Notes under the pieces: model-generated | The model's input: the letters and a program-made list of their open reading frames with translations, nothing else | What the model was told of the DNA's origin: nothing | Database searches by the model: none | From: Fimicolochytrium jonesii | Lineage: Eukaryota | NCBI RefSeq assembly: GCF_025526975.1 | Contig: NW_026515672.1 | Span: 868,001 to 932,000, forward strand | Length of the DNA: 64,000 nucleotides | Direction: 5' to 3' | Position numbers and translations under genes: made by a program | Shown: positions 48,755 to 62,422 of the stretch, one piece after another | How the letters are laid out: every line of letters begins with the position of its first letter | Position numbering within the stretch: the stretch's first letter is position 1

Positions 48755-49273
48755 CTTTCTTCTTCCCCAACTTCTCCCAACTAGCCTCGCTCGCACGCCT
48801 CCTGAGGGTATAGAGTTCTGCATGCGTCACCATGTACTGAAATGCGGTTCCAAGAGTGTGAACCTCCAAACAGCAGAAGAAGTTTTGGGGACAAAATCAT
48901 GTAACGGATGATAGGTCACATATATATGAAACCGATACTTGCCCAACGACTGTGAATTCGCTGAGGTTTTCCGGTTGTCTGTCGTTTTACTGCCACAAGT
49001 CGCCGTAGGTCGGGAAAGCCCGACTCACTTAGGCCTCGCGTTGCGCTACGCGTCAAGGATGTGTGTGTCCTGCCAAGAGGCAGCAGAGCTTCTGGACACA
49101 GACCCTTGCAAGGCTCTCACATATACGTTGAGGCGGACCTCGGACGTTCCGTTCCGGACGTCGCTGCCCGCAGTCCCGTGTATGAGCGTATAATGTTGCA
49201 GAAACCAATGCAAATTCGCATTTTAGATGGAAAGTCTTAGTCCATACTTTACAGTGTGTCCTGGGGTATACGC

Positions 49274-52200
49274 TCAAGAGGTCATCTCCTCCAGGCAGAA
49301 GATGAGATCTTCCTTTCGGACAATATCAAAACCTCTGCAATTTGTGAAAACATACGGCAGATGCTCCTTATCCTTTGTAGCAGATGCCGGAGGCCGCCTG
49401 AGCAAACCAAGTGGAACAATCCCTTTCTCAATACACCAGAGGACGAGCTCCGCATATTTCTTCCCTATGCACTCCGGCGGGACACGAAGATGTGTTACAT
49501 GTGTGGAAAGTGCTCGCACCACATCGACGACGTACGGCCGGAAATACGACTGCGAAAGCAATGAGTGCATGAATGACGAGGTTGTGATCATGCCGGCCGC
49601 AAAGTGTCGATCAAAATGATAGGCTGGGAATGGCGACACTCCTGTTGCGTTGAGTTCCGCCTCGTCGACGAGTCGTTGTAGGTAAGCAGTTGTCAGCGGT
49701 ACGGTCGTATCGGGCGCGTTGGCGCCGCTGACGCCTTCCATATCATCGCCGTTTTCCGAGTCCGAATCGAGGTTCACGTCCTCCGGATGAACGGAGTCTG
49801 AGGCAAGGCGGGCGGGTATCGAATGATATGTGGAAGGCGCCGTACGATGCGATGGCGAAGCTGGCGTTGCACCCGTCTCAACGGCATTCCCTCCCTCGCC
49901 AAGCTCGACCATCCCCATCTCAGCGCCTTCTGCAGCGAACAGTACCGCGCCTTCTGAGTGTGCGCCGGAAGCACTACGTGCTCTTGATGCTCTTGTGTCA
50001 ACCGGGAACTTGCTCTTCCGCCGTTGCGCTACGGCCTTTGTAGCTTTCGCCGTTGCACTAGCCTCATCATCGTTTTTGCCCATTACAAAGGCCCACAGGC
50101 GCCATAAGAAGGTACCCTCTTTAGAAGCGCCCTGTGCGCGAACTTTCTTGTACAATGCAAGCCGATCAGCAATGCTCAATGCGTAATTGTTAAGAATAGA
50201 CTGCATGCGGAGATTGTCGGCATTCCAATCGGTGTCCTTGGATGAGAAGAACTTCACGTTGCTGCCGTTGGAGAGCTCCACGATAAATGGCGTTTCCGGC
50301 CATTCCTGAAGTAGGGGGTCAGTGAGGAGACAAACGACTGATGAACGGAAAAAAAGTGCAATAACTCACTTTCTGGAGCATCTTGACTATGAACACGGAG
50401 TTTGCATCGGGTAAGTCAGCGCCGGCGTTGGTCGCCTTCTGATTCTTTGTAAATACAACCATTTTGGAACATCGTTCCACCCCTGCCTGAAGCAGACTCG
50501 TCCGTTTGAGCGGGGTCCCCCGGATAATCCAAACCCCGGGATGGCCAAGAATATCTGACCAGATACTATCGGCTGATGTGAGATTCGGGACAGACTCCAG
50601 CAAGCAAACGATGGGCGTCAAGCTGGTCGGGCTTCGGGAATTCGGCACAGCGGTGACATTTGAGCCTCTGATGGAACGCACAAAGTGGCGAATGGCTCTG
50701 GATGTCATCGCCCCGCATAGAATGATGTGGTTTCCGATAGAGTTCGGCAAAACTTCGCACACTGGCGACGACGAGCCAAACGACGGTCCCGCTGCGACAC
50801 CTTCGCTTACATTCTGGGTGCTTCGAGTAGGTGTGTAAGACTCCTGTATTCTAGCAAGCGGTGCGGTCTTGAGTATAGGAGTCCCCACCACAACATCCAT
50901 TTCTTTGCCGAGTTCAGCCAGATTGAGCTCATCGCGCATCGCCGTGTCCTTGTACTCGAGCATGATTCGCAGCATGAGTTCGTCTCCACCCTCCGCAGCG
51001 CAAAATGCAATGTCATCGTGCCGGAAGCGATAATCTCGTCCTGGGTTCAACCTGATTGGCTCCGAATTGAAGCCTGCGTTTGCGGACATGACGGCAAAAA
51101 CAATGGCCCCAAAGCTCATCCACACCTCTCGCACCACATGGTGAAACCGGACTCCAACAAGACCGGACGGTACTTTGAAGGCGTATATCTGATGCCCCGC
51201 TCCATGTTGATATTCCGTCGTCCAGTCATGCCCGAAGCCAGGATCTGCGCCACCTCCATACACCAATCCTGAGAGCCCAGCTGCACCACCGATAGGAAGA
51301 TTCACATTGGCGTGCGTGTCTTTGTACGTATGTACCAGATTGAAGATTAGCGTCAATATGCCCGGAACCAGGCAATTCCTGGCGAGAATCGACATTTTTA
51401 TTTCATCGATGCACAGAACACGATCGCATCCACACGTTTGCGAGAGATCCTGAGATCGAATATCTTGCACCTCGCCAAAGATTGGCAGACCAGGAAAAGC
51501 GTTTTTCGCCACAAGCGCTTGCATAAGAATCTGCGCATCCACTCCTCGCGTCACTCGCAGCTGCTCATCTTCTCCTCCGCCACCCTCCTCGGTAGGTGGG
51601 CAGTCCAGATTGAGTAAGAATAATGCCGTAGCAGAATGCGCATGACATCGCTGCAAATCGGTGGCACTCAGAGCTGTCCCGCGCAAATAAACCACGCGAT
51701 TTCTGTAGAACGGATGCCGCAGTAGCCGCCGAACGTCAAGATTCGGCTCCTCATCGTTGAGAATAACGACGTGACCGTCCGGATCTGCTACGAAATACTC
51801 TCGGCAGAAATCAATGACCGCCGTGTATGAGACTGTTCCGCCGAGAATCACGTGGCAGTGCTCTTGTTGCGATTTGTAGTTTGCTCGTTGGTACGATGAG
51901 GTGCTGTTATATATCTCTGCAATCTTTCCCGTCTGAATCGGGACGAAGGTGATCACGATGATGATAAGGCATATAACCACGATTCGAGATGGAATAGATG
52001 ATGGAGTAAGATCTCCAAATCCGATTGTGCTGTCGTTATGAACGATCGGGTTAGCACGGACAAAAGATGAGGGAAGGCTCAACACAGCCATAGTAGGTAC
52101 CTGAAGGTGACCATGATATAGTATAGACTGTCGTGCCAGTTCTCGAGACTGGCATTGTCAACCGAACTTGCGTGGATCGACTCCAAAGCGTTGATGATAC

Positions 52201-53155
52201 TCGCACTCAGAAACACAAAATTCAGAAAACTCAGTCCTAGTATCGTCAGCTCTCGCTTTTCTTCTGTTTCACTGAAGCTTAGCAGCCGGTATGTCCTCAA
52301 GATTCGGCTTGCTCGCAAGATGCGGAGCAGTCCCAAAAACCATACGTATTGAGACGTCTCGCTGATCAGCACGTACACGAAAGGCGGGACGATTGAGAAG
52401 AGATCGACCAAGGAGGCGATGTTGAAGTAAAAGCGTAGACGATCTTCCGAAGTGTAAAAGGACAGTGCGTAGTCCATCAGAAACATCGTCGCCAGCCATA
52501 GGTCTAGGTACTTGATCAATCTCTTGTCCTGACGTCCAATCGAGTACGTCAAGAGGACGTAATTGACGATGGCGAAGAGTGTGCAGGCAACCTGAAACAC
52601 CATCCAGATCCGCGCATAGCGGGATGTCTCTATCCATCTGCGCATCGCTTCTGGTGATAAGCGCTCTGACCATGTCTTTCGCGTCCGCCTGCGCAAAATG
52701 TGGAAGTAATCCTCAGCTGCATCGAACGGCGCAAAGCCGGTGATGAAACGTCGAGTCGGACTTGGTAATGTAGCTCCATCATAACCGGGGACCGTATCCC
52801 TACCACCGGCTTTCTCGAGCTTTCTCTCCGCTTTCCTTGCCTCCTTTCGAATCTTGCGGATGTCTTTTGTGTTGCGGAACCCTCGGTTGATGCTCAGGCC
52901 CAACTCCGCAAGAGGGTCGCTGAAAAGGTCTTCATCATAACCGTATATCCGCGCCTGGTAAATGCGCCAGAGATATCTGATGATTCGAACGGTAATGATT
53001 GTGGCGGGGATTCCGACAAACGGTGCCCAAAGGATAAAGTTGTACCAACGGGCATCCTGTACGAGCGGGACGTCGTCATCGATACTTGTATCATTCGATA
53101 GGAGATTGGTTGTATCAGTCAGGTTGCTCTGGCGAGCAAAAAGGAGTCCGCTCAT
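49274..53155 (-). CDS. Slo/BK-family K+ channel with two RCK domains; 3 exons
   Basis: S4 LLRILRASRILRTYR, pore WHDSLYYIMVTF|STIGFGDL, RCK1 HVILGG..YLRGTAL..DLQR..C.DEIKMSILARNCLVPG, and RCK2 NHIILCG..FAAG..LLSQSYF. Confidence 0.9.
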
Positions 53156-53475
53156 GCTAGCTGGACGGCTCTCTTTCTGCACCTGCTCTTGTTGGTTCAA
53201 GCTTCTGCAGAACACGAAGTCCTAGACGCTGAAAACTGCCGAGGTGTGTTGGTTCTGATCTCCTTCACGAACGCAATAGTGGGCATTGAACCCAGCAAAA
53301 TTCGACGGCGCGTCTGCCCTTTTGGTAATCCCGACATGCTGTCAATTCCTTGCTGTGCCCCTAATAATTGAGAAACGAAAAGGGTAAATCCGAAACTGGA
53401 AGCATAGGGAGGGGGCGCATTACATGCTGGAAAGCACACCCGGATTTGCGTTAAGTGCATTATCAAAGGACAGTC

Positions 53476-56400
53476 ATGACAACAACAACTATACCACCAC
53501 GACCAGACGGTGCCAGTCTCTTAGCTGTCTTCCCCGCTTCAGAGCTGGACACGATCCCGGCATGTTTTCTCAAAGCTGCAGGGAAAGTTCTGCATAATGA
53601 CATGGTCCGAAAGCAGCTGCGAATGCTGCAAAAACAACCTGATGAGAGGGTTCCGGCATACTGTTCCCCCGGTGCGGGGGATAAGTTGAACATCATTCCC
53701 TCGAATCCCCAGACGAAGCTTCGACGGATAGGACAGCTGTCGCCTTTGCATCAGCTGAACATAGCTTCCCTTGCTGCTGTGGATGTGAGTTTCCAGCTTG
53801 CGGCGATTGCGTCGAGTACCGGTCTGGAGCACATACGGTGACGGTGATCTGACTAAAACCTTCGATGTCAACCTACAGAAACAGCACATCATCCAGCGGA
53901 AGCTGAAATATCCGACTCCAAATGCAGCAGGTAGGCTGTGCGAGGGGCATTCTTCCGAGGACTTTGCAGAGTGTTAAGCATGAACCATCCAAAGCAAAGG
54001 AGACTGGGACGGCGGAACCCACTGTTCTCGGGCGCCTGAAAGAAATAGCCACTGGCATCGAGACTCTCTCCTGGCTCAGCACAGCTGAAAAGCAGCAAAT
54101 GGTAAAGCTCGCTCAGTCCCGACCTACAATGAACCACACTCTGAATCCTGATAGCAGCCTCCCAGACCAATGCCTTCATCATCGAACTCGCCATTCGGTA
54201 CAACGAGCTGAAGGATTTGGAGCAACCTACGTTAAGCCCATTTCAGAACAAGACCATAGCCATGTGTATTATGGATCACATTGGCCGGCTCAAGGACACG
54301 ATTTTGGAAAGATGCTTTAAAAAAAAGATGGGTAAGAGGCTGACTACCAGGCTGTTTGGCACATCTTGAAGTTGATCCTTACCGACTCAGCTGCATCATC
54401 TCGGTAGAAATGAGAGAAGTGAATGCGTTTGATCAGACGATGAACTCGGGGAGACTTTGCGCATTTTTTCGAACAGAGTTCAACCGCCGGTTGGTTTCCT
54501 TTGTTTTCTGAAGGTAGCCGGGCGGACACTCATCGCCAGTGATGCTCGCATAGTGTTGATACGCACCGGATCCTAAGGAATGTATTGGTCGAGACCGACT
54601 TCGGTAACACCCCGCCAGATGAGACGCTCCGCATCAAACCAAGCGAGCAACTCAGGAGAGAGGTTCTGGAGGTAATGAGCGCATGGGACTCATCTCTTTC
54701 GTCAGAAGGACGTCTGGGACGACAATCCGTGGTCGTGGACTACACTGAGACTCACAATCAACAGGTACAACAAGCTATCGAGAACATCACCCACCCGCAA
54801 CCTGCCCTCAACCCACCCACCCTGCTTCTCAAACATCAATCGGAACTCATTCGCCGCACCATGCGCGAGGAAAGCAAGCTGAAGGCTTCCTTCGAAGACG
54901 GTAGCGCGGGAGGCTGGCGAATCGGTTCCCCAGGTCGCCAACGTACCGGACAGCCCACCACCTCACTAATCACCGGGCGCCGAGTCTCCCAAACCCAGCG
55001 TCGGCGGTCCGACAGTGTGTGGCGACGGACTTCTGCTGGAACAGAACGCGGCGCGAGACTCGATCACCCTGCGAAGACACGGATTTGGGAGATGGAGGAA
55101 GAGACCGGCGTAGAGGCTTTGGGGGAAACAGAGTTGAGTCAGACCTTGAGATACACCGATATTGAGGATGATGATTTGGATAAAGCGGCGCTGGCGAGCG
55201 TGGAAGCCGAAAACCCTGTTTTACAGGGATTTACTGGTGTAATTGGATATAGCCGACGGAAGGATACGCATGAGCCGGTAAGCAGTTTTCCTTACAATAA
55301 TGCTGGCCGGGCCGTGAGAGAAAGAGGACGAGGCTGATTGTTCTTGATCTTCCCAAACAGCCATTGCCTCCAAGACAACGATATCTTCCGCCATGCAAAT
55401 ATCGCAAACGACACTTCACTGACTTCGACTACTCAAAGTTGGACGCTGTCGTAAGTTTTCATCTTGTGCGATGATATTCTCTGCAAGACGAAATCGGTAA
55501 TCTTTGCTATCCCCATCAGCCGCTTCCCGCTGAGGTGACCGATAAAAGCACCGTTCCGAGTTTCATCAACCGGATGAACGACGAAAGTGTACGTACTCTC
55601 TGATTCGTGGTAGACATTCCCCCATCGTGCATCTGATGTTTGCTTATCACGTTTGCAGGGAGATATGAGACCACTTCCGTCAGGAGTCTCCGAGCGAGCA
55701 CCCAAATCCATCATAACGCTTGCAGCCGAGCCTGCGACCGCGGTGAGCGAGTTCGGAGCCGAGAACGATGCCGAGAACTCCATGATGCGGCATGTTGGTG
55801 AGTCTCTCCTTCTCGTCTCGTGCTTGTAGTCCCCTATTTACAAACAACCATCTGACGCCGCACAGACGAGAAACTGACCCGAACCAAAGAGGTTGAAGAG
55901 CTGTACGAGGAGATCATGAGAACGGTGAAACGAACGCACTTGGACCCGTTAGCATGTGAGTACCTCGTCAGCCTGCATGTGCCCTGTGCAGGGTAGCATC
56001 CTGAGTAGTTACGATGATACATTCATAGCCGAAGAGGAGGAGCGCACCATGTGCCCTGCAGCTCCAATCGAACCACACATTCCCAAGCCTTGGCTTTGGC
56101 AGGGACTCAACGACCCGGCTCAAATACCGCCTATGATCACGCTGGCAACAACACCCCTCAACATACTAAACGCGGCAGCCGGTACGGGAGGGCACGGTGG
56201 GAGAGGCGGCGCACAAGGTCGTATCCGCGCACGCGACCATCAACAAGATGGGAAAGGAACATCTCTTCGAACGCGTCCTTCGGAGGTTGCAAGAGACCGT
56301 GAGGCGGCGACACGCAACGCCCCACAGGCCTCACAGTACCACGGGCCGATCCCTTACGGCTACGGAGGATTTATGCCTAGTACCGCATCGATGACCCGGA

Positions 56401-57966
56401 TCACCCGAGACACAACGTCGTCGAGCTCCCCAAAGACCGCAGGCGCAGCCTCCGCCGACGCCCCAACGCTTGAAGAGTATTTCAACTATCTTCGCATACA
56501 TAAAACGGATTTCATCTTCGATCTGATCTATAAGGAAGATGAGATTGCGGAGGCTAAGCGAAAAGCGGCGGAAGAGGCGGAGAGGTTGCGCAAGGCGGAG
56601 GAGGAGATGAAGCGGCGGGAGAAGGAGAGAAAGGAGAGGGAAGCGCAGAGGAAGGTGATGCTGAAATATGAGCGCGGCGAGTGGAATCCGCGGATCATTG
56701 ATTTCATGCGAGAGGTGCATGATGCGTCTGGTGGCGAGCCGGAGCTGGTGGACGGATCAGAGGAGGGCCCGCTGCCCGCAGGCGAGCAAGGACCGAACGA
56801 TATTCAGAAACAGAACGCAGCAGAAGGAGCTGTGACGGGCACCGCTACAGAGTAGGTCCCGGCTCGTTCTTCCCTTGAGTTCCGTTCCCACTTTCTGAAG
56901 CGACACATCGTCTTTCCCGTAGTTCTACCGCGCAGGAGTCTGTCCCGGAAGGCACAGAAAGGGAACAGCCAGGAACAGCAATTCCTGCCGCAGATTTGGC
57001 GACACAGCCGTCTGCACCACCAGCATCGCAGCAGCAGCAGCAGCAGCAGGAACCAGCCGAAATCACACCCGCACGCCGCCCGGCATCCGTCGACATCCAC
57101 AAAATGCAATCCGAGCTTGAGCATCTTTGGGTCACGTTGAAGATGCCATTGGACCAGAAACTTGATATGGCGATCAAGTACGGTGATCATAAGTTCGCTG
57201 CCAAGTTGGAGATGGTGAGTTTCGTCAGTAATATTTTCGGATATGTCCGTGTCGTGTTCGCAAGTGCGCTGATGTTACTGCCCGGAAACCTGTAGGCCAT
57301 CGGATTATGGAAAACTGTGTCCGAACGTATCATTTCTCGTGAGGAGCTAATGAAACAAATTGAAGTGTTCGAAAGATACGCCTCTGACCCCGAGTACGTG
57401 ACGCTTTCTGCGGCACGTTTTCCCGAGTCTCTCTCCAACCATCTGCGATCCTTGCATCCTCACCCACCCATTCACTCTCATCACCTCTAGACGCTTTTTC
57501 GTACGTGGCGCCGAAGGATCCTCCCATGCGCGTCTCAAAGAGTCGAAAGAACGGGAAGATCTTCTTCGCCAGTTACATCAGCTCGAGGCGCGGATCGATG
57601 AGGTCATCAACCTCATCAAGGTCGAGCTGAAGGAAAGTGTGACGTATGAAGGTAAGATACGATTGAGGCTTTCGCGGTTCCCGAGCAGTTCTCCACGCAA
57701 TCGCGGAAATCCTGTGCGCCCTTTCAGTGGCCGGACCTCGTGAGAGAGGAATTTGCGAATTTCGTGGAAAAACAAGAGCTAACAGGCCTTTTTTCGATCT
57801 CGTCACATCACGCGAACATTCTCTGTCGCTCACGCCTCCAGGCATCCCATACCGAGTCAAGATGCGAATGGACTACACGGAGCTCATCAAACGGCTGCAG
57901 CGGGAGAGGCAAGCCTCGAGACAAGCGACGTCGCCTGGTGCAAGTTTAGATCCACGCAGCAGTTAG
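53476..57966 (+). CDS. CCDC87-like coiled-coil protein; multi-exon, 5' structure uncertain
   Basis: C-terminal exons read LEHLWVTLKMPLDQKLDMAIKY..REEL..IEVFERYASDP.RFF..VTYEG|IPYRVKMRMDY.E, resembling the CCDC87 C-terminal domain from memory. Upstream ORFs at 53476, 53922, 54585 and 55956 lie on the same strand with GT-AG boundaries. Confidence 0.65.
57029..57049 (+). repeat. (CAG)7 microsatellite encoding poly-Q
   Basis: Seven CAG units within an exon of the CCDC87-like gene. Confidence 0.85.
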
Positions 57967-59364
57967 CTGCCTATCTGTTTGTCGTGCTTGATTAGCACTA
58001 TGAGTGAATGTATATAGGCCAAGGAGATTGAGATCCCGCCATTGAGAGCAGATAATGTGCGCACTGGAATTGAATACCGGAAGGTTGTGTTCAATCACTC
58101 ATTGTGCGTCGTCCAGCGTGAGCTTCTGAAGACCTTTCCTTTGCTGGGAGGTCATCGAACTTGGAAGCACTCGCTTCAACGCGTCAAACACGTCCACGTC
58201 ACCAGCATTTTGGTTTTTTGAGACTCCCCTGCCATAAGTAACCAAGCACTTCGCTGGGAACCGGGGCAAACCGTATCAAAGGGCCCGGATGAGGGGGCGG
58301 AGCGGCGGCTGATGGTTGCTAGGTTGCTGAATCGTGAAAAGACGTTGGTGTATGCGGGGATGCTGAGAGACGGGTTGGTGGAGTGCGGCGTCTGGAGGCC
58401 TAGGATTGTGCGGTGGGGTTACAAGGCTTTTGAGAGGGGCTTCATACTTCTGAGAAATGTGGCCTGTAGACATAGAGTAGTAAAGATCGCCGCATATCTA
58501 GACAGACACCTATGCACAATGCTTTTCCAAAAACATTACCGATAGCTATCCTTTGGCTACAGCTAAATCTACATACACTCCGGCACTTCAAAAAAAAAAC
58601 CACTCATTGGCAAAACCTTCAATTCCACGCGTATCTGATCGTTCATTGTCAGCAACTCCATATGTGGGCCTGCCAACTCGGCCAGCTCCGTGATTTGCGT
58701 CTGCAGGGATATGTCTGCTCGTGTGAGGGCGTCGAGTTGTTTTTGGACTTGAGGGGTAAGTTTGGGTGCTAGCGCGGTGGTGGGGGGTTGTTGTGGATGC
58801 GGAAAGGGATGGGGGTGGGGATGAGGACCGGGAGCGGGACCTGGGGGCTTGGCGGGGGGCTGTATGAGTATTGTTGTTGTTGTTTGCGAGGGCTTCGACG
58901 ATGCTGATGTTGTGTTGTAAGGGTGCCAAACTGTGACACACGGGATGGGCAAAACTTCCAAGTCGAGCGGTGACGGCGCAAAGGCTCTATGGGTTGGGAA
59001 CGAGCCTGCCGCAGAAACTTAATACATTCCCATCCAACGACCAACAACACATACATATACACCATAGAACCTCCCACACATATCTCCATCTTCCGATCCC
59101 CATCGACTGCTTACTATCTAAACGGACACCCCAACTAACCCCATGAAATAAATAACAGTCCAAATGCCAAAACAGTAAAAGGCCAGGGGTGAATACGCCG
59201 ATTGATACAGCAACAAGAAATACGCCGTGTTTTCGTTTCCGGGTAGAGCAAAGCCAAAAGGAGGTAGATCATTCAAAAACAGGTTAGATGAGGTAAAAAG
59301 TCGTCCAGTCCGTGAGGTATCATCGCGTATGCCGGATGTGCGTCGATATCGCCGTTTCGAATGA

Positions 59365-62300
59365 TCATCGGTCCGGCGTCGCAACATCGGCACCCTGCTC
59401 CAGCTTAATCCCAACCACAATCTTCCCATCGGCAATCAAACACACAACCGCCCAATCCTCCTCATCCATCACATCAATCGTACTCCCCTCCTCATCACGG
59501 TACGTCAGTCCCAAAATCTTTCGTTCAGTCTCGCCCTTCCCCTCGCCGAAGAACTTGTCCTGCAACCTGTTACACACGACCTTCAAGCTAGTCGTCCTGC
59601 TCACTTTCAGCAAGATCGTGACACCGTCATGCTGCGCTTTCACATGCACGAAGTGTTTGAGGACGCTATCCGGGGTTGATGTGATCGTGTGCGAGCGGCG
59701 GAGGGCGACCGCTTTGTTGCTTTTGTTGCCGAAAGGTGAGGATGAGCGGGGTGATGACGGGGTGTTTAGCGTCGTGAGGGCTGATGAGGAGGCGGAGTGC
59801 GGCATGCCCGGCCGCGTGGAGAACCTCCCTGGTCCCGGCTGTTTGAGGGAGTCGTCCTGGGAGGCATTGCGGTGTCGCATGGAGAAGGACCGCGCGAGTG
59901 TGTTCTCAAGCGGGCCTGCGCTGCGTGGGCCGCGTGACATCGATGTGAAGGGTGATGGGGACCGGCGCACGTCGAGCTTTGCGTTCATGGTGCGTGCTCG
60001 CATCAAATTGGGTGGTTGAGTGTAGCGCACTTCTTTGCCAGCGGCGTTTCGCATGGGAGAGCTTGATCGAAGAGGTGAGTTCGACCGTGGTGGGGCCGAG
60101 AACGGAGCAGGTCCGGCGGCGGGCGCAACCGGCGGTGTCGCGGCAGTGGTATCAGTGTAAATAATCCCGTTCTTCACGAAACTATCCGTCCGCTTCAGGC
60201 CCCCATCGGCACCAGCTGCGGTGGCTAGAGGACGGTTCCAAGGCGGGATGGAAGGGTCGTTCGGGTCGAAAGGCGCGATTGGTTTTCCACGTTTGCCTAT
60301 CTGCGTCCTCGTCCGCGAGAGTAACGACGGTACGCGATGCAATCCCAGTTCGCCACTTGCTTTCTTCAATAGCGACTTTGCACTCATAGTCTCCGGGCTC
60401 GCGGGCACAGCAGACGTATCCTTGTTCAATGCATCGACAGTGTCACTTTCCTCCTCGGCATTGCTAACAGCGAGGTTGGCAGCGGCAGTGTCCACCGTCA
60501 CATTTGCCGTCGGGGCCGTGTTTGCGCGCTGAAGAGTCGTAGATCCAAAGTAATCCAACAGCGGTCGAGGACTGAGACGCTCTTTGCTCTTCGACCTCTT
60601 CAGCGGGCCTATATCAAACGTCGTAGTGGTAGGCGACGCATCTTTACTGACTGTCAGCCTAGACCGCAGTGGCATCTCGGGTACTTCTTCAGTATCATGA
60701 GTCATGATCTCCAGGTCGGGCGTGCTTTTATTACGCTTGAAGAAGCTCAACGGGCTCGACTTTCGAGAGATTTTCCCAGATCGAGTGCTGTCCTGGCTGG
60801 ACCGCGACTTTAACGACTCTTTGGTGGCCGCCATCGCTTCTTTGACGTTCGGATGCACAAAGTCTGCAGGTGGTGACGGCATCTCGCGGGGACCCAGAGC
60901 TCGCCTCATTGGCGGCTCCAAGCGCGAAGGAGACGACGATGAGGTCGAAGACCGTGGGCTCGACGTTGACGAGTGGCCCGGAGAGTCCGGAGCGGGTGAC
61001 TTCGGGTCGCTACTGCCACTACTCCGCAACGAGAAAATCGCTCTCCTTTCCTCTGTGCTTTTCCTCGTCAGAGATGGTTTGCTCTCTGCAAGATCCCTGA
61101 ATGGACTAGACCTTTTCCTCTGACTCGGCGACCGTGCCGGTGTGCTTCTACCACTGCCAGGCCCATCACTGCTAATAGGTGATTGCAGCTGTTGGTCTTC
61201 CTTCTCGGTCGAAAGAAGCGGCGCAGATTTCAATTTGTACAGTTCCTCGTCTGACGGGCTGTTCTGCGTCAAGATGGTGGCGGACAGCGCTACGATCGTA
61301 CGCTCCAGAGTGCCGACTCGGATCGGTAAGGACGGCTTCGACCCTGAAGCCCATTTGTGCGAATCTCTCCTGACCGGGATCGATGGTGTGCGTGGCAAGG
61401 ACGGGATGCCTGCAGGGAGGATGACGGAGAGTTTTGAGGATGGTATGGATATGTCATTGAGGTTCAGATGGTTCTGTGGTAAGGACGGTCGTCTCCGGAG
61501 CGGGCCGACTGGAGTCTCCCCATCCTCAGGGATCGCATCCGTTCGACCTCTACTCGGTGTCCTCATATGCATTGAAGCGGGTGCGGAGCGGCCCGACATG
61601 AAGTCGGTGAGCAGCCGGGATTGACGTTTCACTTCAATCGGTTTTAGCCAGTCCTCATCCAATGCAACATCCTCGTTGTCTGTTGTAGAGTTGCTCTTGT
61701 GCTTGTTCCGATCGGACTTGTTGCTCGACTTTCTGCTGAGGGAACGCTTTGGGAAATACTGCAATTCGGCACGAAAGAGTGAGAAATGAGGACCAGGGAA
61801 AATACACTGGATTCACTTTTGAACTTACGGAATCGGTCTTTTCAAGCTCCGGCTCCTTGATCTCCACAACAGCTGGTCCGTCCGAGCTTGCGTCCATGGG
61901 CCATTCCCCGAAAAACTCCGCCAACAGGATATTCCTCGTCACCCATGGCGACAGTGTAAAGAGCTCCCTCACATACTGGTCCAACCTCACAACTCTCTCC
62001 TCACACACCGCCCTGGTCACGAAAATCTTGCTTTTCGGCAGCCGCGGCAAAGCCTGTCCAGGAGCCAATTGCTCTGGGTTCTTCTTCACTAGGGCCATAA
62101 ATGCGTTGTGGAACTCCACAAAGTGCTCATACCGCCGCCTGACCACATACGGCGGTGGGCGAGCTAAAACTCTCCCTAGTGTGCTTCCGGGAGTCCCAGG
62201 AGGAGAAAGTGGGGAGAGCGGGATATCCAGTGGTGAGCGGTGAAAAGGGCTAGCTTGCTTTGCGCTGGTAGCTGCCCAACGAGAGGAAGTGACATTTGCG

Positions 62301-62422
62301 GGTATGATTTGGAGTTTGAACCATATTTTGCCGTCCTCGTCAGACTTTTCGTACGAGCCTACGCGGGCGGTCTCAATATGCGGGGCAAGCCGCACGGCAG
62401 GGGTGAGTGGCCGGTGTGCCAT
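59365..62422 (-). CDS. PX + PB1 domain scaffold protein with long Ser/Pro-rich linker; one intron
   Basis: PX: VVRRRYEHFVEFHNA..LPRLPK..ERVVRLDQYVRELF..LAEFF. PB1: VHVKAQH..LTYRDEEGSTIDVMDEEDW. Confidence 0.82.
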
